49,376 bases of DNA, from IMG/VR virus record IMGVR_UViG_3300030606_000010, positions 1-49,376 of that record. The stretch is one strand, 5' to 3'. The notes below the pieces were generated by a model, which did no database searches, was not told where the DNA came from, and saw only the letters and a program-made list of their open reading frames with translations. Positions 43,723-49,376 of this stretch are shown in pieces. The translations under genes were made by a program, and so were the position numbers. Position 1 is the first letter of the stretch; each line of letters starts with the position of its first letter. This DNA is from a virus. Its lineage: Duplodnaviria; Caudoviricetes.

Positions 43723-44026
43723 TGAGATCCTCCATCAGCTCACCCACCGTGCCGCGCTGAGCGAGCGAAGGTGCGAAGCGCTGCAAAGCCTCCTCGGCCG
43801 CCTCTGGTCCCATGAGCTCCGGAAAGGCTGGCGTGTACGTAAGGCCCAGCTCGTGGCCTATTGCCGCCCTCCTGTCACCAGAGATGGCCGACTGCGAAGC
43901 TTTGATGAGAGCCTTGAGCATCGGCGTGTTCCCGAGGCTTTCCGGCTCAGCCGCCACGTCACCCAGCCAGCGCGATTCCGGCTTTTGGTTTCCGAAGAAG
44001 CTGACAGCTGGACTACCCAAAGCCAA
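43652..44026 (-). CDS. Hypothetical protein in the ejection module
   Basis: Coding-like codon usage; TTG start uncertain. Confidence 0.5.
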   Translation of the reverse strand: MALGSPAVSFFGNQKPESRWLGDVAAEPESLGNTPMLKALIKASQSAISGDRRAAIGHELGLTYTPAFPELMGPEAAEEALQRFAPSLAQRGTVGELMEDLSARLDAGTLSIGSESGDGPPSGS

Positions 44027-44086
44027 TACCCATGCTACTCATGAAGGCCGCCCAAAGCCCATACCCATGCTACTCATGAAGCCGCC
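44016..44086. repeat. Imperfect ~35-bp tandem duplication at a gene junction
   Basis: CCCAAAGCC(A/C)ATACCCATGCTACTCATGAAG(G)CCG occurs twice. Confidence 0.85.
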
Positions 44087-44863
44087 GATATTCGCCAGGC
44101 CCTGGGTGAACGGTAGGAAGCCGCTGGTCCGCTGCGTTGTCGTCGTCGGCGTCATGCTACCGAAGTTGACGGCGTATGGGCTGAAGGCCTTCATGAACTC
44201 GAGCGGCGCCATTTGGCGCTCGAGGTTCAGCCGACCCCAGGCAGGTCCGGCGCTCGCGTTGGCCGCAGCCAGAGCGCCCGAAGCGCCGATGCGAGCCGAC
44301 GTCGTCTGAGCCGACGCTCCGATACGCACCTGCTCGAGTGCAGTATTGAGCTGGGCGATAGCCTCGTCGCGCGCCTCCTTGCGCTTCTGGAGATCCAGCT
44401 CGAAGTCCTTGCGGCCCTCAGCCTCGGCCTGAGCTCCCTCCATGCGGCGCTCGCGGAACGCCGAGAGTGCCCGGCCACCGAGCCCTCCGACACGCGCCGC
44501 CTCCATCTCGAGCTGGCGCACGTCGTCTTCGGTCCCAGCCCGGATGCCGCGCTTCGACCGCATGAGACCGGCCTGGACGTAGGGATCGCTGAAGTTCAGG
44601 GTGGCGAGATCGACCGGCCCACCCATGTAGGAGCCGCCACCGTAGATGCCTCCACCCCCACCGCCCCCACCCCCGCCGCCTCCACCCCCGCCGCCGCCAC
44701 CGCGAAGGCCGCGCAGCGAGCCACGCAAGGCGCCCAGCATCTCTTGCCCGAACTGCGATCGCTGGCCCTGACCGATGCCGGCCTGAGAGAAGAAGTCAAC
44801 GACCTGAGGATCGAGCCTGGTGTCGCGGAAGCCACCAACAGTTGTCGTCTGCTTCGAACCCAT
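44039..44863 (-). CDS. Putative ejection / pilot protein, Gly-rich
   Basis: MGSKQTTT N-terminus, poly-Gly run, coiled coil, C-terminal TTTT..SG and Gly-rich hydrophobic tail. Confidence 0.6.
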   Translation of the reverse strand: MGSKQTTTVGGFRDTRLDPQVVDFFSQAGIGQGQRSQFGQEMLGALRGSLRGLRGGGGGGGGGGGGGGGGGGIYGGGSYMGGPVDLATLNFSDPYVQAGLMRSKRGIRAGTEDDVRQLEMEAARVGGLGGRALSAFRERRMEGAQAEAEGRKDFELDLQKRKEARDEAIAQLNTALEQVRIGASAQTTSARIGASGALAAANASAGPAWGRLNLERQMAPLEFMKAFSPYAVNFGSMTPTTTTQRTSGFLPFTQGLANIGGFMSSMGMGFGRPS

Positions 44864-44864
44864 T

Positions 44865-45410
44865 TCACCCCCACTCGATCTCGGCGACGAGCTTGGCCCA
44901 CTTCTTCCTGAGCTCCCGCCAGGACGCTCCGAGCACCAGTATATCCTCGCGCTGCCCGGCCCTCAAGGCATGCCCTGAAAGCCTACCCTCTTCCTGGAAG
45001 CCCACATAGCGGGACAGCCCCTCGAGCCCTGGTCTGACCATCGTCCAGAATCGCTCGACACCCAAGAGATCCCCGAGGTATGCAGCTACGATGGTCAGAC
45101 CCCTCAGGGCCACCATGCCGCATAGCGCATCATCAACACCGTGTATCGGCATCAAATGCAGTGCGGCCCGCCTCTGCACGAGGTCGAAGTCCGTCATGTA
45201 AATCGCGCACGACTGGACCTGGGCCAACCCAGTCGCAACGAACATCTGGCAAGTCTGCGGCAGCTCGACGAACTCCTGGCCATCGACCCACAAGCGCGGC
45301 GGCCCGCCATGCTGCCCAGCCGCCCTAGGCCCCTCGAAGAGCGAGATGTACTGCACCGGACATGGGCTGACCGGCGTCACGGACGTGCTCCTGATGGAGC
45401 CAAGGATCAC
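44865..45410 (-). CDS. GNAT-fold protein preceding the ejection genes
   Basis: 'YVGFQEEGRL..HA..G..EDILVLG' RimJ/RimL-like C-terminus; position comparable to T7 gp13. Confidence 0.55.
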   Translation of the reverse strand: MILGSIRSTSVTPVSPCPVQYISLFEGPRAAGQHGGPPRLWVDGQEFVELPQTCQMFVATGLAQVQSCAIYMTDFDLVQRRAALHLMPIHGVDDALCGMVALRGLTIVAAYLGDLLGVERFWTMVRPGLEGLSRYVGFQEEGRLSGHALRAGQREDILVLGASWRELRKKWAKLVAEIEWG

Positions 45411-47320
45411 GGGTCAACCGCCGTCACCGGGTCCACGCCGGGCGTCGCCGTGATTGTCGCTGTCCACGCATCGGTGGTGTCATCTTCCTTCTCGACAGTG
45501 AGGGTCGTGCCGCTGATGTGCCACCTGTTCCTGAGGAACCTCAGCGCATTAAGCACGGAACGTGCGGACTCGCCACTCACTGAGGTCCAGTCGCGCTTGA
45601 GCAGCTCGTCGGCGTTCTCCGTGGCGGTTGGCACCGCCGCTATGTCGTCCGACACGGTGACGGCCGGCGTCCCGAGACGACTCTCGAGGTCGTCTACGAA
45701 GTCATCCACGACGGCGACAGCCGCAATGAGGGCTGCCGTGTCAGCCAGGATGGTCGTGAACGGAGGAGCTTCTGACACGCCAATCGCTGAAGCGGCAATC
45801 TTCTGATTCGTGATGAAGTTGTCGGCGACGGCGGCGTTATCAATGGCACCAGCGGTGAAGTCGCCGACCTCGATGCCGGTCGTGGCGATCTCGACACCGC
45901 CGGTCGTTGTGACTGGATCGGTCTGGGTGCCCGACATGGAAAGACGGAAGCGAATCTCTTCCTTCTCTCCTGAAGTCCAGTCGGTCGCTCCAGCCCCGCT
46001 CGGTGCTTCCTCCAGAGCATTGGCCGTGAAGCGCTGCGTTCCGCCATCGTCCTCGGTCAGTTCGGCGTAAAGCGACCCAGCCGCCGGAGCTGAGAGCGAA
46101 GCCGAGAGCAACTCACCAAGGCGATAGGCAGCGAGTCTCGCGAAAGAATCCCCGGTCTGCGGGACAGTCGTGCCGCCAGTCGAGGTTATGTTGGCCGCTC
46201 CGGTCAGCTCGCGTGTACCCACAGCCCAGACGTCGGCCGCTGTGTGCGTACTGAATCCTGTGGCCGTGATCCAGGCAGCGTCACCACGGGCACGCAGCGC
46301 CTCGAGCGAGTCGTCCGTGCGCGCAAAGCTCCAGGCTGTGCCGTCGTCGAAGAGCTGGCCGAAGACGGAACCGAGAGCGACACCCGTCGAGAGCGTAACG
46401 CTACGATGCGTGAGACCGCTCAGGACAAGGCCTGCCGTGTCTGCGGTACCGTGCGCGGCCACAATGTCCTCGTCCCAAACGCCATCCACGATATCGGCCA
46501 CGGTTAGGCTCGAGCCACCTGCGTTGTCGACGATCTCCTTGACCACCGAACCGGCAACGGCAGCCCCGTAGACCGTGCCGCTATCGGTATCAAACAAATC
46601 GGCGAGCGCCAGCGCAGTCAGGCCGCCGATCTTACCCAAGACCGACCCAACCGATCCAGACAGATTGCCAGTGATATCCATGGTCTGGTTCGGCAGATCG
46701 ATCGCGGTCAGGTGGTCGCCGGTCCCGCCGGCCTCTGTCAGGCCAGCGCCCGCCGCGCCGATGCGCGCGAAGCTGTCGCCGGTCTGGGGCGTATGCCCGG
46801 TCAGGGTCGTCACGGTCGCGACAGTGTCCGCCGTCGGGTCGAAGTAGCTGGCCGCCGCGAGCGTCCGGCCTTCGATGTAATCAGTCGCATCGACAGTCTC
46901 GATGGTCGCGACGTCATAGCCGGTCTTGTCGGACACGACGTTGGCATCCACCTCCGCCTCGAGCTGGAACGTATGCGAGGTCGTACCTGTCACGCTGTTT
47001 ACTGCGGCGCTCACGTATACGGTATAGCTCTTGCCCTTCTCGAAGCCGTTGGCCGCGCTCAGGGTTAGCTGCTCGGAGTAGAAGCCAGCCGTGTTGGCGT
47101 CGTCCAGAAGCGCCATGCTGCCGGTCAGGATGGCGGTCCCGGTCTCGTCCTCGTAGACGCGATAGCTCGGGACCGAATCCGCATCTGTCGCCTGGCCTGT
47201 GTCGAAGCGGTGCGTGTTCGCGGCGAAGGTGAGGAGGTCGTCGATCTTCCAGCTGCCGAGGTAGGCGGCGTGGGCTGCGGTGGAGAACAAGCAGAGCAGA
47301 ACCGTGAGCAGCTTTCTCAT
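45407..47320 (-). CDS. Signal-peptide-bearing tail-fibre-like protein (637 aa)
   Basis: GGAGG RBS, ATGA overlap; MRKLLTVLLCLFSTAAHA-AY; Thr/Ala/Gly/Asp-rich; repeated PQTGDSFAR and IVDGVWDE/ADVWAV helical motifs. Confidence 0.75.
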   Translation of the reverse strand: MRKLLTVLLCLFSTAAHAAYLGSWKIDDLLTFAANTHRFDTGQATDADSVPSYRVYEDETGTAILTGSMALLDDANTAGFYSEQLTLSAANGFEKGKSYTVYVSAAVNSVTGTTSHTFQLEAEVDANVVSDKTGYDVATIETVDATDYIEGRTLAAASYFDPTADTVATVTTLTGHTPQTGDSFARIGAAGAGLTEAGGTGDHLTAIDLPNQTMDITGNLSGSVGSVLGKIGGLTALALADLFDTDSGTVYGAAVAGSVVKEIVDNAGGSSLTVADIVDGVWDEDIVAAHGTADTAGLVLSGLTHRSVTLSTGVALGSVFGQLFDDGTAWSFARTDDSLEALRARGDAAWITATGFSTHTAADVWAVGTRELTGAANITSTGGTTVPQTGDSFARLAAYRLGELLSASLSAPAAGSLYAELTEDDGGTQRFTANALEEAPSGAGATDWTSGEKEEIRFRLSMSGTQTDPVTTTGGVEIATTGIEVGDFTAGAIDNAAVADNFITNQKIAASAIGVSEAPPFTTILADTAALIAAVAVVDDFVDDLESRLGTPAVTVSDDIAAVPTATENADELLKRDWTSVSGESARSVLNALRFLRNRWHISGTTLTVEKEDDTTDAWTATITATPGVDPVTAVDP

Positions 47321-48708
47321 CGCACAACCCCTCCTCCGATGACCGGCACACCGCCACCACCACCTCCGGCCGGTTCCTCGCGCTGGAACGCGCCGAGATC
47401 TATGTAACTCTGACCGGCGTGTAACGTTCCCGGCGCACCGATCGCCTTCATGTTCGCGCCGACCTCGAAGTTGTTTCCAGCGGCATCGACGTACTGCGGG
47501 TCCAGCACCGTTACTAGATCGTGCGCATCGTCGTCCATCAGCGAAAGGCATGCTGTCGTGTTGTTGTAGCAGTTGGTGGCTAGCAACACGTTAGCCCCGC
47601 CGGAACTCGATGTCCCGCCGACAAAGCCTACGGTGCCGTTGTTGGAGGCGATGTTGTTGACGTAAAACGGCTGCCGCGTGTTGTTCAGCTGCCGAAAGCC
47701 CGCGTCGCCGTTCCCATCCGCCGTGCAGTTGATAGCTTCGTCGATCAGCTCGAACCCGTTTCCCGTGTTGCCTTCGGAGATGGTGAAGCTTACCTTCAGG
47801 CCACCCGTGACATTGAAGCCATCGCCGCCATTGTCGGCAGCCACGCATCCATGGCATCGCTGGATAGCGCTGGAGCCGCCGTCCGTCTGGAACCCAGCGC
47901 CGGTGTTCACCATTGACTCACAGTCTATGTAAGCCGTATTAAAACTATTCGCCAACCGGAACCCGGCGCCGCCACAGGCGCTTGCCTGCACGTTGAACCA
48001 TGTGACACTGTTGACGCCGGTGTTGTTGAAGCAGTGCGAGGTCGCGCCTGTCGCCCTAAGGTGGGCGAAGTAGTTGTACTGGTGGCCGACTACAATGCAG
48101 TTCGCCCGCGTACTCTCTCCGTCTATCAGGGGCCGATCCGTCCCCGCTGGGGCGTCGCCATGACTGGACAGGTAGCCACGCCACTGGATCCATAGCTGGC
48201 GCGACGAAGCCGCCACAGTCGTGGTGAGCGTCTCCGTGTAGGTGCCGCTCTTGATCCAAACGATGTGGTTATTGGCGACCAGCGCCGCAACCTTGGTCAG
48301 CGTCGCTAGGCCTCCACCCATCGCACCGGCGCATGTCTGCCCGCTGGTTCCGAGCGCACGATCAACCGTCCAGCGGTTGTTCCCCACGTCGGCCGCCGTG
48401 ATCTCGTAGAAACCGGCCGTGCAGTCGCCGCTCGTGGCCTGGAACAGATTACCTACATCGTCCGCCGAGACGGTGTAGTCACCGGAATCAACGTTCAACT
48501 GCGTGGTCGTCGTATGAACTGCGGAGGCGGTCGTCAAAGTCGCGAAGGCCGCGTCAGCCTGTGAACGATCGACTCCGGCGGATGCTGTGTTGAAGCCGCC
48601 ACCGTTGCCGTCGTTGCCCGTCGTCCTGACCTCCCACTCCGTGTCATCAGACAACGCTCCTGTCGCAACTCTGGTGCAGAGCATCAAGAGTAGGATAAGG
48701 CGCTTCAT
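47317..48708 (-). CDS. Signal-peptide-bearing right-handed beta-helix (tailspike-like) protein
   Basis: GGAGGAG RBS, ATGA overlap; MKRLILLLMLCTRVATG-AL; IVWIKSGTY cap and repeated N.G.GF rungs; C-terminal DLGAFQ. Confidence 0.8.
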   Translation of the reverse strand: MKRLILLLMLCTRVATGALSDDTEWEVRTTGNDGNGGGFNTASAGVDRSQADAAFATLTTASAVHTTTTQLNVDSGDYTVSADDVGNLFQATSGDCTAGFYEITAADVGNNRWTVDRALGTSGQTCAGAMGGGLATLTKVAALVANNHIVWIKSGTYTETLTTTVAASSRQLWIQWRGYLSSHGDAPAGTDRPLIDGESTRANCIVVGHQYNYFAHLRATGATSHCFNNTGVNSVTWFNVQASACGGAGFRLANSFNTAYIDCESMVNTGAGFQTDGGSSAIQRCHGCVAADNGGDGFNVTGGLKVSFTISEGNTGNGFELIDEAINCTADGNGDAGFRQLNNTRQPFYVNNIASNNGTVGFVGGTSSSGGANVLLATNCYNNTTACLSLMDDDAHDLVTVLDPQYVDAAGNNFEVGANMKAIGAPGTLHAGQSYIDLGAFQREEPAGGGGGGVPVIGGGVVR

Positions 48709-49376
48709 TCAGTCTCCTCCGGAACGTCCCCCTGAAAGTACAGGCTGGCCGCGAGGCTTGGTTGATTGCTGCTGGTAAGCCAGACGTTGCGGAGGTTGCA
48801 GCCCATGAATTCATAGCCCGTGAAGTCCTGGACTGGACACCACAGCTCCCACGTCGAGCTGGCGCCGTTCCGGCCAGGCGACCTGTCGAATATCCAGGCC
48901 GCACCGTTCGTGCCGGTCACGCGATAGATGCCGCGCGTCACGTCAGTGGCTGGAGCTATGCGCACGAGACAACCGATGTCCGCAGACGTGACAGCGTGGC
49001 CTACCGGCGTGCCGCGCCCAGCAGCTCCGATGTTCAGCACATCGGACCCGACCTCGCGCCAGAACGCAACCGTATCGCTCCACAGCTGCGAGAAGTTCCC
49101 GTCCTGGATCGTTAGCGGCGGCGGCGGCAACAGCACCCGGTGCCATGCGTAGTTACGCCGCGTGGCCTCGTAGTGGACCGTCCCGCGATGCCACCGCTCA
49201 GAGTGATAGTCCTCGGGTGCGTACCTCGCAGTCACGAGCGGACCGCCACTACGATCGGTCCGAATCTCTGGCGGTCGTGGCGCCGGCGTCGGGGTAGGGG
49301 TCGGTCTCGGGGTCGGGGTGGGTTCCGGCTCTCGCTGCCCCCATACATTGAACGTCACCGCGAGCACCAGGATTGC
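48705..49376 (-). CDS. Signal-peptide protein with Pro/Thr linker (228 aa; starts at 142 across the join)
   Basis: EPEPTPTPRPTPTPTPAPRP linker; 'SADIG.LV.I......G.Y.VT.....W..DR..G' domain shared with 47317-48708. Confidence 0.8.
   Translation of the reverse strand, partial: AILVLAVTFNVWGQREPEPTPTPRPTPTPTPAPRPPEIRTDRSGGPLVTARYAPEDYHSERWHRGTVHYEATRRNYAWHRVLLPPPPLTIQDGNFSQLWSDTVAFWREVGSDVLNIGAAGRGTPVGHAVTSADIGCLVRIAPATDVTRGIYRVTGTNGAAWIFDRSPGRNGASSTWELWCPVQDFTGYEFMGCNLRNVWLTSSNQPSLAASLYFQGDVPEETE
49250..49376. repeat. Terminal direct repeat, right copy (circularisation overlap)
   Basis: Identical to 1-127. Confidence 0.95.

Noticed and set aside
44039-44041. Genome-wide stop-codon reassignment
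   Set aside because: TGA and TAG end many genes with clean ATGA/GTGA coupling, and core genes are intact under code 11.
1-49376. Apparent abundance of CTCGAG and GAGCTC
   Set aside because: Explained by preferred Leu (CTC) and Glu (GAG) codons; not quantified.

Overview
The window is almost certainly a complete circular genome of a high-GC tailed phage. Positions 1-127 are identical to 49250-49376, a typical assembler overlap, giving a unit length of 49,249 bp. Gene order is podovirus-like (P22/T7-type virion module). A divergent, palindrome-rich control region at about 19.5-20.2 kb drives two units. The short + strand early unit (20.2-26.1 kb) encodes small acidic or Cys-rich proteins, an SSB-like protein and a Cas4-like nuclease. 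The long - strand unit runs: mosaic small genes, HTH replication initiator with internal iterons, loader-like protein, TerS, TerL, portal, scaffold, major capsid, adaptors, nozzle, fibre/spike genes (crossing the contig join), GNAT-like protein, ejection proteins including a 2224-aa protein, an XRE regulator, a lysis cassette interleaved with three glycosyltransferase genes, and RuvC. I see no integrase, DNA polymerase, helicase, tRNA or CRISPR array. The most unusual signals are: (1) four consecutive genes in the tail-fibre position all begin with Sec-type signal peptides; (2) a well-formed zinc-finger gene is nested out of frame inside terL; (3) five glycosyltransferase domains, a methyltransferase domain, two lipoproteins and a PLA2-like protein surround the endolysin; (4) a small-gene array is built from shuffled shared modules; (5) several structured non-coding elements are present. 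All protein calls come from motif recognition and synteny, not database searches. Many starts were moved from the ORF track to RBS-supported or stop-overlap-supported positions.
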